32,000 bases of DNA. It comes from Candidatus Clostridium radicumherbarum. GTDB taxonomy: Bacteria; Bacillota; Clostridia; Clostridiales; Clostridiaceae. Positions 19,673-26,944 of this stretch are shown here, piece after piece (position 1 is the first letter of the stretch; every line of letters starts with the position of its first letter). Under the pieces are notes generated by a model that made no database searches, was not told where the DNA came from, and saw only the letters and a list, made by a program, of their open reading frames with translations. Location of the stretch: the NCBI RefSeq assembly GCF_045310525.1, contig NZ_JBJHZY010000001.1:1922671-1954670 (forward strand), in the 5' to 3' direction. Made by a program: the position numbers and the translations under genes.

Positions 19673-20107
19673 TTAATCTACAATAATTATTTCATCTCCA
19701 GGTTTTATAAAGCCTTCTGATAAAACTCTTGTAAATATACCCTCTCTCGGCATTATACAATCCCCAATAAGATTACGAATCTCACAGCCAAAGTGGCACT
19801 CCTTGCCTATTTGTGTAACTTCCATAAGTACCTCACCTATCTTTAGCTTGCTGCCAACAGGAAGTTCATAAAGTACAATACCTTCAGTGGTAAGGTTTTC
19901 AGCAAATTTACCTGAGCATAGTCCCTTTGCCCCGAGTTTCTTCATCTTTTCTATACTTTCCATCCCTAAAAGACTTACCTGCCTGTGCCATTTACCTGCA
20001 TGGGCATCACCTTCAAGGCCGAAATCCTCTATAAAATGTCCTTTTTCGATAGGATGTTTTATAACCCCTTTTTTTTCACTAATATTTACTGCTAATACTT
20101 TTGCCAT
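19673..20107 (-). CDS. Stand-alone MOSC-domain protein
   Basis: 144 aa. The sequence VNISEKKGVIKHPIEKGHFIEDFGLEGDAHAGKWHRQVSLL ... GDEIIIV fits the short MOSC beta-barrel proteins encoded in clostridial and archaeal Moco loci. Confidence 0.8.
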   Translation of the reverse strand: MAKVLAVNISEKKGVIKHPIEKGHFIEDFGLEGDAHAGKWHRQVSLLGMESIEKMKKLGAKGLCSGKFAENLTTEGIVLYELPVGSKLKIGEVLMEVTQIGKECHFGCEIRNLIGDCIMPREGIFTRVLSEGFIKPGDEIIIVD

Positions 20108-20120
20108 AGTAACCCTTCTT

Positions 20121-22028
20121 TCATATATTTACTATTTTCCCAATATTGGAGTAATCATATCCGCCTAATTTATCAAGCTCATTTTTAAAACCTTCACTTT
20201 TTATTACTTCTATAAATTCTTTAATACTGTCTGAATTTAGAAACTCCTTTGGCACTGCAAAATCATATTCTTCATTTCCAAGTGGTATGAAATCTAAGCC
20301 CATAAGCTTTGCTGCAGAATATATTCCTAATCCACAATCTGCATCCTTTGCAGCTACAGCTGCTGCAATACTTAAATGTGTGTACTCTTCTCTATCATAG
20401 CCACTAATATCTTTAGAATTAATATTTAATTTCTTTATGTTATAATCAAGAAATAATCTTGTTCCAGAGCCCCTTTGCCTATTAATAAAACGTACCTTCT
20501 TTGATACAATATCTTGAAGGGACTTTAAATTTAAAGGATTATCTTTTAACACCATTATCCCCTGTATTCTGTTAACTCCTTTAATAATGGCAATGTTCTT
20601 GTCTCCTAAATACTTCTTAATATATGAAATATTATATTCTCCGCCTTCCATATCAAGCAGATGTATTGGTGCTATGTGAGCTTCACCAGATTTAAGTGCC
20701 ATGATTCCTCCCATGCTTCCAACGTGAGCAGAAGAAAGAAAATATTTACTTGTTTTTAGATGTAATAAGTCTGCTGCAGTGTCAATTATTGGGTCATGGC
20801 TTCCTATGCAGACAATGGTATTTCTTATGTGTTCTTCTGTTTTTAAAAGCTTTATATTAACCTTTGAACCTGCCTCAATACCTTCTATGTTTTGAGGGAT
20901 CTCTAAAACCCCATCTGCATTTACTAGAGACATAGTAGCCCCTGCACCCCTATTTAATGGAGTTGCTATAATCTTATCTCCAACATATCCTAGCTTTACT
21001 CTTACAAATTCCAAATATTTTAAAGATGACATCACTCTTCTTGAAAGAGTAGCTTGAATTATTTTTATTTCTTCGGATTGTATCCCTAAAAATCCCTTAA
21101 TTACTTTCTTACAGATGTTTTCCATAATAAAATATGCTGAAACAGGAAAACCTGGTATACCAACTATAGGCTTTTCCTTAATGCTTCCTAATATTGCTGG
21201 CTTTCCTGGTTTTATAGCAATACCATGAATATCTACGCTGCCAAGCTCTTTAATGATCTCATAAGTGTAGTCTTCTCTACCTGCAGATGATCCAGCATTT
21301 ATTAAAACCATATCACATTCTTCAATAGCTTTAAGGGCAGCTTTCTTAATTAATTCATAATCATCCTTAACTATATTATATCTTCTTGGGATCCCTCCCC
21401 ATTCCTCAATCATGGATGAGAATACCCTTGAATTAAACTCAATAATATCTCCAACCTTTAAGTCGGTTTTTGGTTCTACTATTTCTGTTCCTGTAGGAAT
21501 AATCCCAATAACTGGCCTTTTATATACTTCAATTTCATTTACACCACCAGCCAGCATAGCACCAATATCAACAGGCCTAATAGTATGTTTTGATGGAATG
21601 ATAAGTTGACCTTCTACTATATCTTCACCTAAAGGCCTTATATTCTGCCATGGAGCAGCACTTTTATAAATCAGCACCTTGTCTTTTGAAATTTTAATAA
21701 GGTCCTCCACCATAATTACTGAGTCATACTCTTTTGGTATGGGATCGCCAGTATCAACAACTAAATAATCCTTTCCCTCAATTAGTTCTATTTGATTTCT
21801 ATCTGATGCCTTAAAAGTTTTACTGCTTAAAGTTGCTATTCCATCCATGGCAGAACTATTATAAAAGGGGGAAGAAATCTTTGAGTAAACAGGTGAGCTT
21901 ACTACCCTTGACCTAGAATCTATAGTATTAATAATCTCTTTTTGACTTTCTAGGTTTCCAAGCTTACTAATATATAATTTTACAGCCTCATCCAGTTCAA
22001 TATTTGTTAAAAAAACCTTCTGCGCCAT
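20121..22028 (-). CDS. Molybdopterin molybdenum/tungsten-transferase MoeA fused to a C-terminal PBP-like (periplasmic-binding-protein-fold) domain
   Basis: 635 aa. Residues ~1-400 are MoeA-like (SPFYNSSAMDGIA, PLGEDI, GIIPTGTEI, INAGSSAGREDY, HGIAIKPGKP, GIPGFPVSA). Residues ~405-635 (roughly nt 20124-20816) resemble the PBP-like domain family (IGSHDP..., SAHVGSMGGIMALKSGEAHIAPIHL, RQRGSGTR). Confidence 0.85.
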   Translation of the reverse strand: MAQKVFLTNIELDEAVKLYISKLGNLESQKEIINTIDSRSRVVSSPVYSKISSPFYNSSAMDGIATLSSKTFKASDRNQIELIEGKDYLVVDTGDPIPKEYDSVIMVEDLIKISKDKVLIYKSAAPWQNIRPLGEDIVEGQLIIPSKHTIRPVDIGAMLAGGVNEIEVYKRPVIGIIPTGTEIVEPKTDLKVGDIIEFNSRVFSSMIEEWGGIPRRYNIVKDDYELIKKAALKAIEECDMVLINAGSSAGREDYTYEIIKELGSVDIHGIAIKPGKPAILGSIKEKPIVGIPGFPVSAYFIMENICKKVIKGFLGIQSEEIKIIQATLSRRVMSSLKYLEFVRVKLGYVGDKIIATPLNRGAGATMSLVNADGVLEIPQNIEGIEAGSKVNIKLLKTEEHIRNTIVCIGSHDPIIDTAADLLHLKTSKYFLSSAHVGSMGGIMALKSGEAHIAPIHLLDMEGGEYNISYIKKYLGDKNIAIIKGVNRIQGIMVLKDNPLNLKSLQDIVSKKVRFINRQRGSGTRLFLDYNIKKLNINSKDISGYDREEYTHLSIAAAVAAKDADCGLGIYSAAKLMGLDFIPLGNEEYDFAVPKEFLNSDSIKEFIEVIKSEGFKNELDKLGGYDYSNIGKIVNI

Positions 22029-22071
22029 GTCTACTCCTCCATTTTTTCTTTTTATCCCTATGTTAGTTGTT

Positions 22072-23298
22072 TTAAAGTTTATACACTTCTATTTTTTCTC
22101 CTTTATATAAGCCTTCCACATCTTTATTAATTCTTATATAACCATAAGCTCTAGAAAAAGCTGTGATTATTCCCGACTTTCCAAATACAGGATATGCTAT
22201 AACTTTATCATTTTCTTTTCTAAGTGAAACTGGTAGATATTCTTCTCTACCCATAGCTTTATGATAGTTAATACTCATTTCAGCAGCAATTCCGTACTCT
22301 TCTTCCTTTAACTTCATTAGTTTATCTATATAGTCTTTAACTAGTATTTTATAGACAACTGAAGCTGCTAGAGGATGCCCCGGAAGGCCAAATACTATTT
22401 TTTCATAAGCTTTCCCAACAATTGTTGGTTTCCCTGGTTTTATGGCCATTCCATGTACCAATACCCCGCCATTATCATAGGAATCTATAACCTTTAAAGT
22501 ATGATCCTTTTTACCTACTGAGCTTCCACCTGAAATTAGAACTATATCACACTCTTTTAAAGCTTTATCTACTATATTCCTTAAAAGCAAAAATTCATCT
22601 TTTACAATTCCATAACTTATTGGAATACCACCATCTTGCTTTATTAAACTGTATAGCATATAAGTATTTATATCTCTAATCTCTCCTAATTTAGGATCAG
22701 TTTCAATTGAAACGATTTCATCACCTGTAGATATTATTGCAACTTTTGGCTTCTTATAAATATTTACTTCCTTTATACCTTGAGCAGCTAATACACCAAT
22801 TTCATAGGGTCTAAGCCTTTGTCCATCTTTTACAACTATATCACCAATGGACACATCCTCACCTATTTGTACAACATTTTCTCCCGGTGCAGATTGTTTG
22901 TTAATAAGAATTGTTTTATCATCTAATCTATCGCAATATTCCAGCATAACTACGCTGTCAGAACCCTGAGGAAGCATACCGCCAGTAGGTACATAGGAAC
23001 ATTCTCCTGCATTATATATTTCACTTTCAGGACTTTTTCCCATAATTATTTCTTCTATTAATTCCATTATGGCCGGCATGGACTCGCTTGCACCAAAAAC
23101 ATCTCTAGAATTTACTGCGAAACCATCTACTGTTGATCTTCTAAAGTTTGGAATGTCTAAGTTAGCTTTTATATCTTTTGAACAGATTCTATTTACCGAA
23201 TCTAAAAGGGAGACGGTTTCTGACTCCAATTTATAGGCAAATTCCCTATTTATTAAAGCTCTTACTTCTTCTGTTGTCCTAACGCTTAAAAGCTCCAT
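22072..23298 (-). CDS. moeA: Molybdopterin molybdenumtransferase MoeA (canonical length)
   Basis: 408 aa. MoeA motifs: RRSTVDGFAV, QIGEDV, IISTGDEI, ISGGSSVGKKDH, HGMAIKPGKPT, GLPGHPLAA. Confidence 0.9.
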   Translation of the reverse strand: MELLSVRTTEEVRALINREFAYKLESETVSLLDSVNRICSKDIKANLDIPNFRRSTVDGFAVNSRDVFGASESMPAIMELIEEIIMGKSPESEIYNAGECSYVPTGGMLPQGSDSVVMLEYCDRLDDKTILINKQSAPGENVVQIGEDVSIGDIVVKDGQRLRPYEIGVLAAQGIKEVNIYKKPKVAIISTGDEIVSIETDPKLGEIRDINTYMLYSLIKQDGGIPISYGIVKDEFLLLRNIVDKALKECDIVLISGGSSVGKKDHTLKVIDSYDNGGVLVHGMAIKPGKPTIVGKAYEKIVFGLPGHPLAASVVYKILVKDYIDKLMKLKEEEYGIAAEMSINYHKAMGREEYLPVSLRKENDKVIAYPVFGKSGIITAFSRAYGYIRINKDVEGLYKGEKIEVYKL

Positions 23299-23353
23299 AA
23301 TTTAACCCCCTATAGCATTAAAAAAGCTTCTATAAGCTGCAAAATATAATTTT

Positions 23354-23391
23354 ATGATACCCCCTAGGCCATATCATGTCAATAATTGACA
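23354..23391 (-). promoter_or_regulatory. Putative sigma-A promoter of the moeA-fdh operon, with a 15-bp perfect palindrome overlapping the -35 box
   Basis: Minus strand: TTGACA (23382-23377), a 17-nt spacer, then TATCAT (23359-23354). The palindrome TGTCAAT-a-ATTGACA spans 23377-23391. The promoter lies ~50 nt upstream of the moeA ATG at 23298. Confidence 0.5.
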
Positions 23392-23450
23392 AAATTTTAA
23401 TTAATCAAACCAAGAAATATTTCCCAGGTAATGGAAATATAAATATAAAA

Positions 23451-23501
23451 TCAGTGCAGCTCCACTTAACCTTACTTACATAATATACAGAGCTGCACTG
23501 A
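23451..23501 (-). terminator. Probable terminator downstream of the DUF3006 gene
   Basis: A 12-bp perfect stem, tcagtgcagctc (23451-23462) with gagctgcactga (23490-23501), encloses a 27-nt loop. On the minus strand it is followed by TTTTATATTT. Confidence 0.6.
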
Positions 23502-23502
23502 C

Positions 23503-23718
23503 TTATTCTTCCCATAGATCTTTAGTTAAAAGCTCAATTCCCTTTTTCTTCTTTAAAGTTTCATTAATACCTATTTGTATATTGTCCCCATCAATAATGA
23601 GTACATCTCCCTCTTTTGCCTCTTTAGGAATTAAGAGCCTTTTGATATTAATCATAGTGCCATCTTCTTTTTCACAGACGGCAAAACCCTCTTCAAATCT
23701 ATCAATTACTGCTTCCAT
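23503..23718 (-). CDS. DUF3006-family small protein
   Basis: 71 aa. MEAVIDRFEEGFAVCEKEDGTMINIKRLLIPKEAKEGDVLIIDG matches the typical DUF3006 pattern. It overlaps the upstream MBL gene by 17 nt. GGGGGA SD sequence 8 nt upstream of the start. Confidence 0.75.
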   Translation of the reverse strand: MEAVIDRFEEGFAVCEKEDGTMINIKRLLIPKEAKEGDVLIIDGDNIQIGINETLKKKKGIELLTKDLWEE

Positions 23719-24682
23719 TTTTATAATCCCCCGGCTTTGTATTAAAACTTATATTTTTACCATCTGACAGGCATATAATCGTACCACTTTCATCAGTTCT
23801 ATAGAGTTTTATATTCTTTGCTTGAAGCCTTTGCATTACTTCTTTATGAGGATGACCATAATCATTTTTTACGCCGCAGCTTACAACTGCATATTTAGGA
23901 TTAACTTTATTTAAAAAATCCAAAGATGTAGAGGTATGGCTTCCATGATGACCAAGTTTAAGGACATCAGCACTTAAATCCAAGCCTTTATTAATCATAT
24001 CCTTTTCATTTGAAACTTGAGCATCTCCTGTAAATAAGAATTTATTATTTCCAAAGGTCACCTTCAAAACTATTGAATAGGTATTCAAATCGCCGCTTAC
24101 TGTATTTATTGGACCTAATATATTACAATTTGCATCTCCAAGCTTGAAATTAGTACCTACTACAGGCACTTTTGCTTTTAAGCCCTTTTTATTCATGGCA
24201 GTAACTACGTCTTTAAAGGTTTTAGTGTTAGTTGTAACCTTTGACATATATATAGTTCCTATATTTAAGCTGTTAATGATAGCATCTGCGCCTCCAATGT
24301 GATCCTCATGGGGATGAGTAAGTATAAAGTAATCCAGCTTTTTAATGTTTTGTGACTTTAGGTAATTTATTAAAGTTTCAGTAGAATCGTTAGTTCCAGC
24401 ATCAATTAACATATTTTGGCTTCCCTGCTGCACTAGTATACTGTCACCTTGCCCCACATTAATATAATGAACCTTTAGTTTGCCATTTACTGTAACCAAG
24501 GATGAAGTTTCTTTTACAGAATTATCATTGCTTTGAGAATCAAGCTTTGAATTAGTGCTGTTAGATACATCTCCACTTATTGCACTTTTTGAATTATTAG
24601 TACTGCAGCCAGATAGCAGTATTAACATAGATAATAGAAGCATTAAAATATGCCTTTTATAGATAAATGTACTTTTATTCAC
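23702..24682 (-). CDS. Secreted lipoprotein with a metallo-beta-lactamase fold (ComEC/Rec2-related MBL domain only), GTG start
   Basis: 326 aa. It has a signal peptide plus lipobox (LILLSGCSTN) and a Ser/Asn-rich linker. MBL motifs: HPHEDHIGG and a later GHHGS. Confidence 0.8.
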   Translation of the reverse strand: MNKSTFIYKRHILMLLLSMLILLSGCSTNNSKSAISGDVSNSTNSKLDSQSNDNSVKETSSLVTVNGKLKVHYINVGQGDSILVQQGSQNMLIDAGTNDSTETLINYLKSQNIKKLDYFILTHPHEDHIGGADAIINSLNIGTIYMSKVTTNTKTFKDVVTAMNKKGLKAKVPVVGTNFKLGDANCNILGPINTVSGDLNTYSIVLKVTFGNNKFLFTGDAQVSNEKDMINKGLDLSADVLKLGHHGSHTSTSLDFLNKVNPKYAVVSCGVKNDYGHPHKEVMQRLQAKNIKLYRTDESGTIICLSDGKNISFNTKPGDYKNGSSN

Positions 24683-24837
24683 TTATTTCCCCCAGCCTTC
24701 TTAATATTATAATAATATCTTACTACAATTCCTTGAAATTGTAACGATTCATTTAGAAGAAAATAAATTACTAAAAAATATATTTTTATGTATGATAGTT
24801 TAAAGGGCATCCCCAAAAGATGAGTTTGCCCTTATAA

Positions 24838-25443
24838 TTAAAAGTTCTTTGCAGTTTTATTTGCTTCTTCTTTTGCTTTTTCTACGATAGCATTAACGTC
24901 TACTCCAATAATATCTAAGCCTTCTGCAGCTATAGTAGTAAAATCAGTAATTCCAAAGAACCCGAATATAGTTCTTAAATATCTGTCGCCCATTTCAAAT
25001 GCAGCTGCTGGTCCTTCCGCATAGCTGCCGCCTCTAGCTACTATATGCACGGCTTTTTTACCAGCACATAAGCCTACTGGGCCATTTGCAGTATATTTAA
25101 AAGTAATTCCTGCAACACATACATAATCTATATAAGCCTTTAATATTGCTGGAATACTTAAATTCCAAAAAGGTGATGCTATTATATATTTATCTGCTTC
25201 TAAAAATTGATAAGCATATTTAAGTACAGGATTATCTTTTCCTTCACCAGGTTTTGGTGCATGAAGTTCCATTAGCTTATCTTGTGGTAAAAAATCAATA
25301 CCTTCCTTATAAAGGTCTAAAGTTATGATTTCATCCTGTGGATTATTTTTCTTATATTCTTCCACGAAACTTTCTGAAATCTTATAAGTTCTTGAAGCCT
25401 CATCTGTTTTTGCATTAGCTTTGATGTAAAGTACTTTGCTCAT
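24838..25443 (-). CDS. azoR: FMN-dependent NADH-azoreductase / quinone reductase
   Basis: 201 aa. MSKVLYIKANAK..., the SPFWNLSIPAILKAYIDYV motif, and overall AzoR/AcpD architecture. Confidence 0.9.
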   Translation of the reverse strand: MSKVLYIKANAKTDEASRTYKISESFVEEYKKNNPQDEIITLDLYKEGIDFLPQDKLMELHAPKPGEGKDNPVLKYAYQFLEADKYIIASPFWNLSIPAILKAYIDYVCVAGITFKYTANGPVGLCAGKKAVHIVARGGSYAEGPAAAFEMGDRYLRTIFGFFGITDFTTIAAEGLDIIGVDVNAIVEKAKEEANKTAKNF

Positions 25444-25499
25444 AATAATTATCCCTCCATATTCTTTTGTGCTCTAAACTACCCTTATTTTGTCTAGAA

Positions 25500-25522
25500 A
25501 ACATACTAATTATTAGTATGTT
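25500..25522. promoter_or_regulatory. 23-bp perfect palindrome; candidate operator for the adjacent HxlR-type regulator
   Basis: aacatactaat-t-attagtatgtt, with 11-nt arms that are exact reverse complements. It lies immediately downstream of the predicted azoR -10 box and 57 nt upstream of the azoR ATG. Confidence 0.5.
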
Positions 25523-25525
25523 ACT

Positions 25526-25554
25526 ATAATAACAACATGATACTTTATTCACAA
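25526..25554 (-). promoter_or_regulatory. Putative azoR sigma-A promoter
   Basis: Minus strand: TTGTGA (25554-25549), a 17-nt spacer, then TATTAT (25531-25526). Confidence 0.45.
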
Positions 25555-25787
25555 GAAGGCACTTTTTTTATACATAGTATACAAAAATATACCATGTATG
25601 TAGAATAGTTTTTACAATTTCTCTTATAATATGATAATTTTCTATAAGTATATGTTATAATATATTTTGTGTATTTATTTTTAGTTAGCAGCTAACCTTT
25701 TTCTAGTTATGTAATAATTCTATTAAGCAGGTGAAAAGATTGATAAATAAAATGCTGTGCAAAGAGCCTCTACACGAGGAATGTTAT

Positions 25788-26153
25788 ATGAAGGATCAAT
25801 GTCTTAAATATGAAATATGTCCTATGGTATTAGTGCAGGATTTGCTTTCTGGCAAATGGAAAATATTAATATTATGGTACTTAAGCCGCAAAAGCTTAAG
25901 ATTTAGTGATATAAAAAAAAGGCTGCCTAATGCTACACAAAAAATGCTTACAATGCAGCTTAGAAGTTTAGAAGAGGACAAGCTTATATATAGAAAAGTA
26001 TATCCTGTAGTTCCACCTAAAGTAGAATACGGCTTAACTGAAGTAGGTAAAAGGATTTTACCTATACTTGAGATGATGCATTCCTTTGGCAGCGGCTATT
26101 TGAATGATGGATTGCTTAAGGAAAATATTTTAAATAAAGATATTTCTGTTTAA
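25788..26153 (+). CDS. HxlR-family (winged-helix, DUF24) transcriptional regulator
   Basis: ORF-track entry 25731..26153 starts at a GTG. I prefer the ATG at 25788, which has a GAGGAA SD sequence 6 nt upstream. The sequence CPMVLVQDLLSGKWKILILWYL...LRFSDIKKRLPNATQKMLTMQLRSLEEDKLIYRKVYPVVPPKVEYGLTEVG is a textbook HxlR domain. Confidence 0.85.
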   Translation: MKDQCLKYEICPMVLVQDLLSGKWKILILWYLSRKSLRFSDIKKRLPNATQKMLTMQLRSLEEDKLIYRKVYPVVPPKVEYGLTEVGKRILPILEMMHSFGSGYLNDGLLKENILNKDISV

Positions 26154-26158
26154 AAAAT

Positions 26159-26190
26159 AAGTAAAGAGGATTAATTTATCCTCTTTACTT
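26159..26190. terminator. Bidirectional rho-independent terminator between hxlR and the AOR/Bfu operon
   Basis: A 12-bp perfect stem, aagtaaagagga (26159-26170) with tcctctttactt (26179-26190), encloses an 8-nt loop. A/T-rich tracts flank it. It overlaps the stop codon of the minus-strand gene. Confidence 0.8.
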
Positions 26191-26934
26191 ATAATCAGTA
26201 TATATTTCTTTAAATTTTTCAGCATTAAATTTTTTCCTGCATTTTCTGCAAATATTCTGGATACTTGTCTCGTTAAGCTTATTAGTACTAAATTCTACTT
26301 CTTCTTTTGTAGCATAATATTCACCGCAGCTTTCGCACTTTATAAGCTGAAATTCCTTTCCCCAAATCCTTCTCCTGCCATCATCTTCAATTATATTTAT
26401 AGCTTTTGTTGGACATACATAAGCACAGGCACCGCAGCCAATACATACTAAAGAAGGTTCATCATAGGGTGTGGAAATTTTTTTTGTAACACCCCTATTA
26501 ACTGCAGATATAGCACTTGTACCCAATTTTTCACAGGCCTTTACACACAGTCCGCATAAGATGCACTGCTCAATATTATCTGTACTAAACCTAGTTAAGT
26601 CCTTGATATCAAACTCTTCTCTTAGTTTACTAACAGTTTCATTATTAGGAACCCGAGCTGATAAGAGCCTGATGATGGTCTTTCTCATATTCATAATCCT
26701 TTTAGAATTTGTAACAACTGTTATTTCTTTCGTGATTGGATATATGCAGGAAGTTACAACCTTCCTATAACCTTTATCGATTACTTCAACTATACATAGC
26801 CTGCAGCTTCCCTCCCCTGGAAGTGCCTCACTGTGACATAGGGTAGGTATGTATATGTTATTTCTTTTTGCCACTTGTAATAAGTACTCACCATAAGAAG
26901 CTTCACATACTTTATCATCAATTAAAACTCTCAT
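26185..26934 (-). CDS. NuoG/HydA N-terminal-like iron-sulfur protein ([2Fe-2S] plus [4Fe-4S] clusters, no catalytic domain); BfuA-like
   Basis: 249 aa. The N-terminal plant-type [2Fe-2S] context is IYIPTLCHSEALPGEGSCRLCIVEV. Later motifs: CILCGLCVKAC and CIGCGACAYVCP. It also has a C-terminal Cys pairs CESCGEY...CRKC. Confidence 0.8.
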   Translation of the reverse strand: MRVLIDDKVCEASYGEYLLQVAKRNNIYIPTLCHSEALPGEGSCRLCIVEVIDKGYRKVVTSCIYPITKEITVVTNSKRIMNMRKTIIRLLSARVPNNETVSKLREEFDIKDLTRFSTDNIEQCILCGLCVKACEKLGTSAISAVNRGVTKKISTPYDEPSLVCIGCGACAYVCPTKAINIIEDDGRRRIWGKEFQLIKCESCGEYYATKEEVEFSTNKLNETSIQNICRKCRKKFNAEKFKEIYTDYK

Positions 26935-26944
26935 GCTTCCACCC

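Noticed and set aside
23377-23391. Assigning the moeA-fdh promoter palindrome to Rex or Crp/Fnr
   Set aside because: The half-sites are similar (TGTCAA/TTGACA), but the spacer is 3 nt rather than the 4 nt (Rex) or 6 nt (Crp) of the known consensus sequences. No assignment is justified.
23299-23450. Moco riboswitch upstream of moeA
   Set aside because: The predicted promoter leaves only a ~50-nt leader. It contains one weak 5-bp hairpin (agctt-atag-aagct plus a T-run) and none of the conserved Moco-motif elements I can recall. An Infernal scan would be needed for formal exclusion.
24803-24833. Terminator downstream of azoR (aagggca ... tgccctt)
   Set aside because: It is only a 7-bp stem with a 17-nt loop and a weak T tract, and alternative pairings compete with it. 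The evidence is too weak to list as a feature.
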